NCBI GenBank assembly: GCA_045605605.1
Contig: JAZUQH010000049.1
Coordinates: 12,799-76,798 of the forward strand
Reading direction: 5' to 3'
Source: Acutalibacteraceae bacterium
Lineage (GTDB): Bacteria > Bacillota > Clostridia > Oscillospirales > Acutalibacteraceae
DNA length: 64,000 bases
Shown: positions 55,921-63,543 of the stretch, one piece after another
Layout: each line of letters begins with the position of its first letter
Position numbering within the stretch: the stretch's first letter is position 1
The notes under the pieces: model-generated
What the model was told of the DNA's origin: nothing
Databases searched by the model: none
Seen by the model: only the letters and a program-made list of their open reading frames with translations
Position numbers and translations under genes: made by a program

Positions 55921-56667
55921 TTATTTTATAAGTGCTTCGGAAAGCTTCTTATCATTTAAAAGAACCGGAATAAATGCCATTACGGAATTTTTAAGATGAG
56001 CATCCTCGCTTAAAAAGTCCATAGCCTTAGCCTTTAGCTCCTCATCCTTACAAACTGCGGCGGCAAGGCAGGCAACCACTATATTTGAGGTTTCTCTGTC
56101 ACCTGTAGTATAGGCAGTTTCAAGCATATCATAAAGCTTTTTCATAGGCTTTTTGCTTCCCTCGTTCAAAACCAACTTAATCTGAGGAACTAAGGTATTG
56201 GCAAAGAAGTTCATATAAAGGAAGTTGCCGTATTTAGCAACGTGCATTTTATATTCTTCCTTATATACAGGGAAAATATCAAGGACTTTTTTGGCAAAGC
56301 CCGAAACATCCATACTACTGCCCTTTGAACCGGTGGGAAGGTCAACGGCGTTTGATGATGCTTTATACTTAACCTTTATACCCATATTTTTTCGCAAGGT
56401 ATCAACAAAATCAATACCTACCGATTCGGCATCCTTTTCGTTCTGGCTATCATCAAAAAGCCATGAGGTTACCTCGCTGTATTCGCCTACTGTTCCCTCT
56501 TCCACATCTGCAAGAGCAAGTACATACATCTGCCTTGCCTCATCATATTCGACCTTTGCAGATTTGCTTTCGCAGGTAAAACTGCCATCCTCACTTGACT
56601 TAAAGCCGTTCTCATCAAAGAAGGGCTTCATTTCTTTAATTACGCTTTCATAATATCTGTTATCCAA
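55921..56667 (-). CDS. hypothetical soluble protein (248 aa)
   Basis: Long ORF, first gene of the SPFH operon. No domain was recognised. Confidence 0.55.
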   Translation of the reverse strand: MDNRYYESVIKEMKPFFDENGFKSSEDGSFTCESKSAKVEYDEARQMYVLALADVEEGTVGEYSEVTSWLFDDSQNEKDAESVGIDFVDTLRKNMGIKVKYKASSNAVDLPTGSKGSSMDVSGFAKKVLDIFPVYKEEYKMHVAKYGNFLYMNFFANTLVPQIKLVLNEGSKKPMKKLYDMLETAYTTGDRETSNIVVACLAAAVCKDEELKAKAMDFLSEDAHLKNSVMAFIPVLLNDKKLSEALIK

Positions 56668-56811
56668 ATTTATTCACTCCAAAATTTTATTACGAATACT
56701 ATTTCATATATTATACTATATTATCTTTGATTTGTCACCTAAAATTTTCTTGAAAAAACACATCTCATACCTTATAATACTTTATAATATTACCTGTGAG
56801 GTGAATATTTA

Positions 56812-57669
56812 ATGAATCTTGCCGATATAAAGGATGTTAAAGCCTTGCTTTCCTCAGAGGGCTTCGTTTTTAAAAAATCCTTAGGTCAGAATTTTATAGT
56901 TGATGAAACGGTGTGTCCCGCTATGGCGGACTCGTGCTGTGACCAAAATACAGGAGTTATTGAAATAGGCCCCGGTGCAGGGGTGCTTACCTATGAATTA
57001 GGCAAGAGAGCAAAAAAGGTTGTCGCTATAGAAATTGATGAGCGGCTTAAACCCGTTCTTGCAAAGACCGTTGGCGAATTTAAAAACGTAGAGGTTATCT
57101 TCGGGGATGTTTTAAAGCTTGACCTTAACAAAATAATCGAAGAAAAATTTGCAGACTGTGAAAAAATAGCGGTTTGCGCAAACCTTCCTTATTATATAAC
57201 CTCACCCATAATAATATCCTTGCTCGAAAGCAAATTAAATATCGCCTCAATTACCGCTATGGTGCAAAAAGAGGCAGCTCTCAGGCTCTGCGCAAGACTT
57301 GGTGAGCGCACCGCTGGCGCAGTTACGGCGGCAGTGGAATATTATTCCGAAGCCGAAATCCTTTTTGATGTACCGAGAGATTGCTTTTTACCTGTTCCAA
57401 ATGTTGACTCGGCAGTTATAAGGCTCAATATAAGAAAAGAGCCACCTGTTATATTGGGGGATGAAAAGCTATTCTTTGATATTATAAATGCGGGATTTAA
57501 CCAAAGGCGTAAAACCCTTTCAAATTCCCTTTCAAACCGCCTTAAAATTGACAAACAAACCGCAAACGATTATCTTGCAAAAGCGAGTATCAAGCCCTCC
57601 GCCCGAGCCGAAGAGCTTAATATAGAGCAATTTGCCGCTCTTTGCAAGGCTGTAAATGATTATAATTGA
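56812..57669 (+). CDS. rsmA: 16S rRNA (adenine1518/1519-N6)-dimethyltransferase
   Basis: KKSLGQNFIVDE, VIEIGPGAGVLT and ANLPYYITSPI are present. Confidence 0.9.
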   Translation: MNLADIKDVKALLSSEGFVFKKSLGQNFIVDETVCPAMADSCCDQNTGVIEIGPGAGVLTYELGKRAKKVVAIEIDERLKPVLAKTVGEFKNVEVIFGDVLKLDLNKIIEEKFADCEKIAVCANLPYYITSPIIISLLESKLNIASITAMVQKEAALRLCARLGERTAGAVTAAVEYYSEAEILFDVPRDCFLPVPNVDSAVIRLNIRKEPPVILGDEKLFFDIINAGFNQRRKTLSNSLSNRLKIDKQTANDYLAKASIKPSARAEELNIEQFAALCKAVNDYN

Positions 57670-57683
57670 TATTGGGAGATAAA

Positions 57684-58394
57684 ATGTCTGATTCTAAAAA
57701 TATACACGAGGGCCACCGTGACAGAGTAAGAGCCGAATATTTAAGCCACGGCTATGATGAAAACACGCCCGACCATAAAATACTCGAGCATATACTTTTC
57801 TATGCTCTCAGCCGAAAGGATACAAATCCCATTGCCCACGACCTTGTAAGACGCTTTGGCAATCTTGCAGGCGTTTTGGATGCGCCCATAGAGAAGCTTG
57901 TAACGGTGGATGGAATTTCGGAAAAAACCGCTATTATGTTAAAGCTTTATTTGGATGTTTTTCGTATATATACTTACGAGAAGCAAGAGCACGATGTGGA
58001 TTTCGATAGCATCAATACCATAGGCGAATATGTTTATTCGAGATATTTAGGCCTCTCAAAAGAAACCTTTGGCGTACTTGGTATGAGCCCTAAGGGTAAG
58101 CTTTTATTCTTTAAATTTTTATCTGAGGGTGATATATCCTCTGTGGGTGTTTCTGTAAAGGATGTTATTAAGCTCGCCCTTGATTTTGATGCGATAAATA
58201 TCGTTATCGCCCACAATCACCCGGGCGGCGTGGCGTTGCCAAGCTCTGAGGATGTTTTTATAACCGAGCGTATCGCCTCGGCGCTTAATCAGGTTGGTAT
58301 AAAATTATACGACCACATACTTGTGGCAGATGACGACTTTGTTTCTCTGAGACTCAGCGAAAACTATTGCCACCTCTTCCCCAGTGTTACGTGA
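57684..58394 (+). CDS. radC: RadC-family JAB-domain protein
   Basis: It has an N-terminal HhH-like region and the C-terminal JAMM motif IAHNHPGG...PSSED. The ATG at 57684 lies behind GGGAGA. Confidence 0.85.
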   Translation: MSDSKNIHEGHRDRVRAEYLSHGYDENTPDHKILEHILFYALSRKDTNPIAHDLVRRFGNLAGVLDAPIEKLVTVDGISEKTAIMLKLYLDVFRIYTYEKQEHDVDFDSINTIGEYVYSRYLGLSKETFGVLGMSPKGKLLFFKFLSEGDISSVGVSVKDVIKLALDFDAINIVIAHNHPGGVALPSSEDVFITERIASALNQVGIKLYDHILVADDDFVSLRLSENYCHLFPSVT

Positions 58395-58400
58395 GAATTT

Positions 58401-58430
58401 AAAAATAAAAATACCAACCCAAATGGGTTG
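58401..58430 (+). repeat. 30-nt terminator-containing direct repeat, copy 1
   Basis: AAAAATAAAAATACCAACCCAAATGGGTTG matches 58576-58605 (AAAAATAAAAATACCAACCCAAAAGGGTTG) at 29 of 30 positions. Confidence 0.85.
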
Positions 58431-58575
58431 GAGTACACTTTAAAAATTCTTCTTAGCTTAGTACGACTCGCTCGGTGGCAACGCCGCCGACACGCACCCG
58501 CCCTTTCAAACAGTCCACCGGACTATTTGAATTTGTAAGCAAACCGGGCTTTTCGAGTCTCTCCATCAATATCTA

Positions 58576-58605
58576 AAAAATAAAAATACCAACCCAAAAG
58601 GGTTG
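58576..58605 (+). repeat. 30-nt terminator-containing direct repeat, copy 2 (adjacent to the tRNA-Ser 3' end)
   Basis: See copy 1. Confidence 0.85.
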
Positions 58606-58616
58606 CTATTTTTATT

Positions 58617-58707
58617 TGGCGGAGATGGAGAGACTCGAACTCTCGCGCCGGTTACCCGACCTACGCCCTTAGCAGGGGCGCCTCTTCACCAACTTGAGTA
58701 CATCTCC
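58617..58707 (-). tRNA. tRNA-Ser (anticodon GCT), class II with long variable arm, CCA encoded
   Basis: Hand fold of 91 nt: acceptor GGAGATG/CATCTCC, anticodon arm CGCCC-CTGCTAA-GGGCG, T-arm GAGAG-TTCGAGT-CTCTC. Confidence 0.9.
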
Positions 58708-58890
58708 GTATTGATAAAGTATCTATTAATTTATTAAATTTTTAAGCAATAATACTTCAGGGGTTCATCGGCTTCGTGCCCCCTTGCGGTTACCCAAAAT
58801 TTTATTTCGCTTGGAGCGCGATAAAATTTTGACCGCGGCGCCAACAAATCCTCGCTTCACTGTCCACCGGACACGCTCGGATGTGTTGCC

Positions 58891-58928
58891 CTTCACCAAC
58901 TTGAGTACATCTCCGTATTGATAAAGTA
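58891..58928 (-). pseudogene. duplicated 5' fragment of tRNA-Ser(GCT) (nt 1-24 plus 14 nt of upstream flank)
   Basis: The 38-nt string CTTCACCAACTTGAGTACATCTCCGTATTGATAAAGTA is identical at 58684-58721 and 58891-58928. Confidence 0.8.
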
Positions 58929-58951
58929 AATATTACTTATTGATTTTAAAA

Positions 58952-59040
58952 TGGCGGAGAGGATGGGATTCGAACCCATGTGGAGTTGCCCCCAAACGGT
59001 TTTCAAGACCGCCTCGTTATGACCACTTCGATACCTCTCC
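58952..59040 (-). tRNA. tRNA-Ser (anticodon TGA), CCA encoded
   Basis: Hand fold of 89 nt: acceptor GGAGAGG/CCTCTCC, anticodon loop CTTGAAA, T-arm ATGGG-TTCGAAT-CCCAT. Confidence 0.9.
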
Positions 59041-59055
59041 ATTTGTGACCAAATT

Positions 59056-59084
59056 ATTTTAACACAAAGAAAATAAATTGTCAA
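59056..59084 (-). promoter_or_regulatory. promoter of the tRNA-Ser operon
   Basis: On the minus strand TTGACA (59084-59079) is followed by a 17-nt spacer and TAAAAT (59061-59056). Confidence 0.55.
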
Positions 59085-59152
59085 CCAAAAAAGGAATTTA
59101 TTTTAAAATAAATTGACTTTGCGGTAAAAAGGTGTATAATATAAATATCAAT

Positions 59153-59250
59153 TCAGAGTAGATAGCCTTGCGTGAAGTGCTGTGAGGACGGGGAGTTGCC
59201 TCGCAGACGAAGGGTTTAAACCTGCGGTTTGGCTGTCGCATCCCGCTGAC
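59153..59250 (+). promoter_or_regulatory. THF (tetrahydrofolate, folT-motif) riboswitch
   Basis: AGAGTAGAT..GCGTGAAGTG..GGACGGGGAGTTG..ACGAAGG..GCGGT..CGCATCCCGCTGA is collinear with the E. siraeum THF aptamer as I remember it. The promoter TTGACT (59113-59118) and TATAAT (59135-59140) lie upstream, and folT lies downstream. Confidence 0.85.
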
Positions 59251-59312
59251 AATAATATGAAGATATAAATCTCCTTATTATCGTTTGGTTTGGGTAATAG
59301 GAGGTTTTTATT

Positions 59313-59855
59313 ATGCAAAAAAAATATTCGTCCCCTCTTTTTAAAATAGTGTTCACGGGAATACTTATTGCTATGAATATTGTTTTAGAAAGATTTTTAG
59401 CCTATTCCGTCTGGAATCAAACTATAAGCCTAGGCTTTATAACCGTGGCCTTTGCCGCCTCGTTTTTAGGTATTCCTTATGCTATCGCCGTAGCGGGACT
59501 GGGTGACCTTATAGGCTCACTGCTTTTCCCCTTTGGCACGTATTTTGTCGGCTTTACCATTACTAATTGCCTCTATGCATTTATAACAGCTATCTTCATT
59601 TATAAAAATGCAACAGCCTTAAAAGCAACACTCAGTGTTATAATAAATAAGCTTGTTTGCTCACTTACTCTTAACACTATCTGGATATCTTTGCTGTATC
59701 GCGGAGGAATAGATGCCTTCCCTGCCGTATTCATTTCAAGAATTCCACAGCTTGTGTTGATGACGGTTATAGAAATAGCCGTTTTGATTCTTCTTTTTTC
59801 AAGAAAGAGCAAAGTAAGAATTCTTCTCGATAAAAATATGAAAAGAATAGTATAA
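59313..59855 (+). CDS. folT: folate-family ECF transporter S component
   Basis: 180 aa with 5-6 TM segments, directly behind a THF riboswitch. Confidence 0.8.
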   Translation: MQKKYSSPLFKIVFTGILIAMNIVLERFLAYSVWNQTISLGFITVAFAASFLGIPYAIAVAGLGDLIGSLLFPFGTYFVGFTITNCLYAFITAIFIYKNATALKATLSVIINKLVCSLTLNTIWISLLYRGGIDAFPAVFISRIPQLVLMTVIEIAVLILLFSRKSKVRILLDKNMKRIV

Positions 59856-59894
59856 AATAGCAAGAGCCTTCATAAGTGAAGGCTCTTGCTATTT
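59855..59894. terminator. bidirectional terminator
   Basis: AAATAGCAAGAGCCTTCA-TAAG-TGAAGGCTCTTGCTATTT, an 18-bp perfect hairpin. Confidence 0.8.
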
Positions 59895-59931
59895 AAATAT
59901 TAAGAAAAAGGAATTCGAAATCTTGATAAAA

Positions 59932-60150
59932 TTATTTATAAGAATATGCCTCGGCGCCGCCCTTAATAACCTTAAGCTTATTGCGGCGCAGCCTTGCCAT
60001 AATCCTATCTTCAAAGGCTATAAATCTTTCCTCGTGGAAAACTGCCCATATTGTAAAAGAAACAAGGGCTATCTCAAATATAGTAAGTAAAACATCTACG
60101 AAACTCATAATTACCTCCGCCGAACATTTGTTCGTTTTCTGTATTTTCAT
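59932..60150 (-). CDS. hypothetical small membrane protein (72 aa)
   Basis: One central TM segment (VDVLLTIFEIALVSFTIWAVF). The coding status is moderately supported. Confidence 0.45.
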   Translation of the reverse strand: MKIQKTNKCSAEVIMSFVDVLLTIFEIALVSFTIWAVFHEERFIAFEDRIMARLRRNKLKVIKGGAEAYSYK

Positions 60151-60338
60151 TATATATCAGCACTTTTAATTTGTCAAGTGCTTTTTTGTAATTTTATTAT
60201 AATTTTTTCAAAGTCCTAAAATCAGGACTTTGATTGATGAAATTTCAAGATTGCTTTTATATATATTTATATATTGTAATTTAAAAATAAATGTGTTAAA
60301 ATTGATATGAATATAAATTTCTAAAAGGAATGTTCTAT

Positions 60339-61340
60339 ATGTGTGAATCCGAAAACAAAAAATCCGTGCTCAGTTGTATTCAGCCAAGCGGTATGCTTAC
60401 CCTTGGCAATTACTTGGGAGCGCTTAAGAATTGGCTTTATATGCAAGATGAGTTTGACTGCACCTATGCCGTAGCTGACCTTCACGCTATAACCGTAAGG
60501 CAGGAGCCTTCTAAGCTTCGCTCACAAATTTACTCTACCGGCGCTCTGCTCTTAGCCTTAGGTCTTGACCCTGAGAAATCCACCCTATTTATTCAATCCC
60601 ACGTACCTGAGCATACTGCGCTTTCGTGGTTATTATCCTGTAACACTCAGTTTGGCGAGCTTTCCCGTATGACTCAGTTTAAGGATAAGTCGGCAAAGCA
60701 TGCCGATAACGTAAATGCAGGTCTTTTCACCTACCCCGTGCTTATGGCGGCGGATATACTTTTATATAAGCCTGACTTTGTGCCCGTTGGCGCAGACCAA
60801 AAGCAGCATCTTGAAATTGCAAGAGATATTGCTACCCGCTTTAATCATATTTACGGCGATGTGTTTAAAATTCCTGAGCCGTATATTGCAAAGGTGGGCG
60901 CCAGAGTTATGTCCTTGCAGGACCCCTCTAAGAAGATGTCAAAATCTGATGAAAATATAAACTCTTGGGTTGCTATGCTTGATGATAGGGATACCATTAT
61001 CCGCAAGTTTAAGCGTGCCGTAACCGATAGCGAGGCAAGTGTTCGTCTAAGCGAGGATAAGCCGGGTGTCAGCAACCTTATAAATATATACAGCGCTGTT
61101 ACAGGCAAGTCTGCCGATGAGGTAGAAAAGGAATTCGATGGCAAAGGCTACGGTGACTTTAAGTTAGCTGTTGGTGAAGCCGTTGCAGATGAGCTTGCCC
61201 CCATTAAAGAAAGCTATGATAAGATAATCACCGATAAGGGTGAGCTTGAGCGCATCTTCCGTGAGGGCGCCGAAAGGGCCGAAAGAGTAGCCCGAAAGAC
61301 CTACTTTAAGGCAATGAAAAAGGTTGGATTTGTTTTATGA
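60339..61340 (+). CDS. trpS: tryptophan--tRNA ligase
   Basis: SCIQPSGMLTLGNYLGA is the HIGH-region analogue and KMSKSD is the KMSKS motif. The start is either 60330 or 60339. Confidence 0.92.
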   Translation: MCESENKKSVLSCIQPSGMLTLGNYLGALKNWLYMQDEFDCTYAVADLHAITVRQEPSKLRSQIYSTGALLLALGLDPEKSTLFIQSHVPEHTALSWLLSCNTQFGELSRMTQFKDKSAKHADNVNAGLFTYPVLMAADILLYKPDFVPVGADQKQHLEIARDIATRFNHIYGDVFKIPEPYIAKVGARVMSLQDPSKKMSKSDENINSWVAMLDDRDTIIRKFKRAVTDSEASVRLSEDKPGVSNLINIYSAVTGKSADEVEKEFDGKGYGDFKLAVGEAVADELAPIKESYDKIITDKGELERIFREGAERAERVARKTYFKAMKKVGFVL

Positions 61341-62281
61341 TTTTTCCGCTTAAAGGAAACGAAAACCTAAAAGCATCCGTTTTTAATATGATAGCATCAA
61401 ACAGGCTCCCCCACGCCATAATTATCGAGGGTGATGAGGGCACGGGAAGGCATACTCTTGCTTACTTTTTAGCAAAATCGGCAGTCTGTGAAGCAAACGT
61501 TAAGCCTTGCGGAAGCTGTAAGGGTTGCAGTATGGCGCAATCCTCTAACCATCCTGATATTATCACCGTTACTCCTGAGGATAATAAAAAAAGCATCACG
61601 GTAAAAAAAGCCCGTGAGCTTCGCGCCGATGCCTTTGTTAAGCCCCATTCGGCAGAAAAAAAGGTTTATATTATAGACCGTGCCGAGCATATGAGAGAGG
61701 ATGCGCAAAACGCTCTTTTAAAGGTTTTGGAGGAGCCCCCTCGGGCTGTTGTTTTTATTATTATAACCACATCAAGAACTGAGCTTCTCGAAACCATTGT
61801 TTCAAGATGTGTTCCCCTTTCTTTAACCGTACCTGATTTTAATACTGCCTTTGAGGCTGTAAAGGAACAGCTTTCAAAAGAGGTGGAGGATTCTGTAATT
61901 TCTGATGCTGTTAAATCAGCGGAAAATAATATAGGCGTTGCCCTTTCACTGATTGATAGCAAGAGCGAAAATAAGGCTAAATCCTGCGCCACAGAATTTC
62001 TAAGGCTTTTATTTGAGGGTAGTGAATACGAAATGCTAAAGCTACTTATCCCCTTTGAAAAGGATAGAGTAGGAACCGACCAATTTTTCGAATATTTAAA
62101 AATAGAAATCGCAAAATCACTTAAAAAGGATTATAAAAGAATAGTGAGAGCCAAAGCCCTCACCGCTATTTATGACTGCATCGGCGAGTGGCAGAGCCTT
62201 TTAAAAACCAACATCAATTTACCCCTGCTTTTCAGTGCAGTGGTATGTAAATCTAAAGGTATAATCGGAGGAAATTTATGA
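61337..62281 (+). CDS. holB: DNA polymerase III subunit delta'
   Basis: NRLPHAIIIEGDEGTGRHTLA, the Zn module CGSCKGC, and the SRC motif TIVSRC are present. Confidence 0.85.
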   Translation: MIFPLKGNENLKASVFNMIASNRLPHAIIIEGDEGTGRHTLAYFLAKSAVCEANVKPCGSCKGCSMAQSSNHPDIITVTPEDNKKSITVKKARELRADAFVKPHSAEKKVYIIDRAEHMREDAQNALLKVLEEPPRAVVFIIITTSRTELLETIVSRCVPLSLTVPDFNTAFEAVKEQLSKEVEDSVISDAVKSAENNIGVALSLIDSKSENKAKSCATEFLRLLFEGSEYEMLKLLIPFEKDRVGTDQFFEYLKIEIAKSLKKDYKRIVRAKALTAIYDCIGEWQSLLKTNINLPLLFSAVVCKSKGIIGGNL

Positions 62282-63129
62282 CAACAGTTATATCTGTTAA
62301 ATTTAAAGAGGGCGGCAGAGCCTACTTCTTTAGTCCTGACGGAAAGGCTTATTCCGTAGGCGATAAGGTTATTGTAGAAACCTCGGCAGGCAACGCCTTC
62401 GGCTTTGTTTCCAAAGGAAATCACGAGGTTAATGAGGATTCTATCGTAGGTGAGCTTAAAAGTGTTTTAAGAAAGGCTACCGATAAGGATTTAAGCCGCA
62501 TAAAAGAAAATGAGGAGAAGCAAAAGGAAGCCTTTTCTATCTGCGAAAAAAAGATAGCAGAGCATAAGCTCGATATGAAGCTTGTTGAAGTGGAGTATTC
62601 CTTTGACGGCTCCAAAATCACCTTCTTCTTTACTGCTGACGGAAGAGTGGACTTCCGTGAGCTTGTAAAGGACCTTGCAGCTTCTTTCCATACAAGAATT
62701 GAGCTAAGACAAATAGGTGTTCGTGATGAAGCGAGGATGCTCGGCGGCATAGGTATATGCGGTCAGCCCTATTGCTGTAAGCGTTTTCTTGATGATTTTC
62801 AGCCCGTTTCAATCAAAATGGCTAAGGAGCAGGGACTTTCCCTTAACCCCACAAAAATTTCAGGCAGCTGCGGAAGACTTATGTGTTGTCTTAAATACGA
62901 GCAAAATTCTTATGAGCATCTGCTTAGCATTACCCCCACCGTAGGCTCGGTTGTTAAAATCCCTGAGGGAACGGGAACGGTGGTTGACTGCAACCTTATC
63001 ACAGGCAATCTTTTAGTTAAGCCTGACAATAGCGAGGGCGCTCCCTTTAAGATTCACAGAAGCGCAGTTAAGCTTATATCCCGCCCTAAACGCAAGAAAA
63101 ACGATGCGGAAGAAGAAAGGGAAGAATAA
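62278..63129 (+). CDS. PSP1-domain protein (YaaT/RicT-like stage 0 sporulation protein)
   Basis: It has a PSP1 domain with the Cys cluster CGQPYCCKRF...GSCGRLMCCLKYE. Its position after holB matches the arrangement in Bacillus. Confidence 0.85.
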   Translation: MTTVISVKFKEGGRAYFFSPDGKAYSVGDKVIVETSAGNAFGFVSKGNHEVNEDSIVGELKSVLRKATDKDLSRIKENEEKQKEAFSICEKKIAEHKLDMKLVEVEYSFDGSKITFFFTADGRVDFRELVKDLAASFHTRIELRQIGVRDEARMLGGIGICGQPYCCKRFLDDFQPVSIKMAKEQGLSLNPTKISGSCGRLMCCLKYEQNSYEHLLSITPTVGSVVKIPEGTGTVVDCNLITGNLLVKPDNSEGAPFKIHRSAVKLISRPKRKKNDAEEEREE

Positions 63130-63195
63130 AAACCTTGATTTTTTGCAGTAATACTGCTAAAATATATTCAATGAAGCTTTATGGAGGTGTTTTGA

Positions 63196-63366
63196 ATGGC
63201 TTACAAAATTTCTGATGAATGCATAAACTGCGGAGCATGCGCAGCAGGTTGTCCTGTTGAGGCTATTGCAGAGGGTGATGCTCATTATGAGATCGATCCC
63301 GATAAGTGCGTTGACTGTGGTGCTTGCGCAGCAGGTTGCCCTGTTGAAGCTATCTCTGAGGGTTAA
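63196..63366 (+). CDS. 2x[4Fe-4S] clostridial-type ferredoxin (56 aa; below ORF-track cutoff)
   Basis: MAYKISDECINCGACAAGCPVEAIAEGDAHYEIDPDKCVDCGACAAGCPVEAISEG has two CxxCxxCxxxCP motifs. A GGAGG RBS is present and a terminator lies at 63391-63424. Confidence 0.85.
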   Translation: MAYKISDECINCGACAAGCPVEAIAEGDAHYEIDPDKCVDCGACAAGCPVEAISEG

Positions 63367-63390
63367 TTAACCCACACCAATTGAACATAA

Positions 63391-63424
63391 AAGCACGGGG
63401 AATTAAAAATTCCCCGTGCTTTTC
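63391..63424 (+). terminator. intrinsic terminator after the ferredoxin gene
   Basis: AAGCACGGGGAATT-AAA-AATTCCCCGTGCTT followed by a T-run. Confidence 0.8.
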
Positions 63425-63543
63425 TTTTATTAATTATTTGTAAACAATAATTAACACATTGTAAATTTATACCAAATTTAATTGACCGAAGTTGATAGTC
63501 AGTGTATAATATTTATGCAAAATAAAATAAAGGGGACGGTTTT

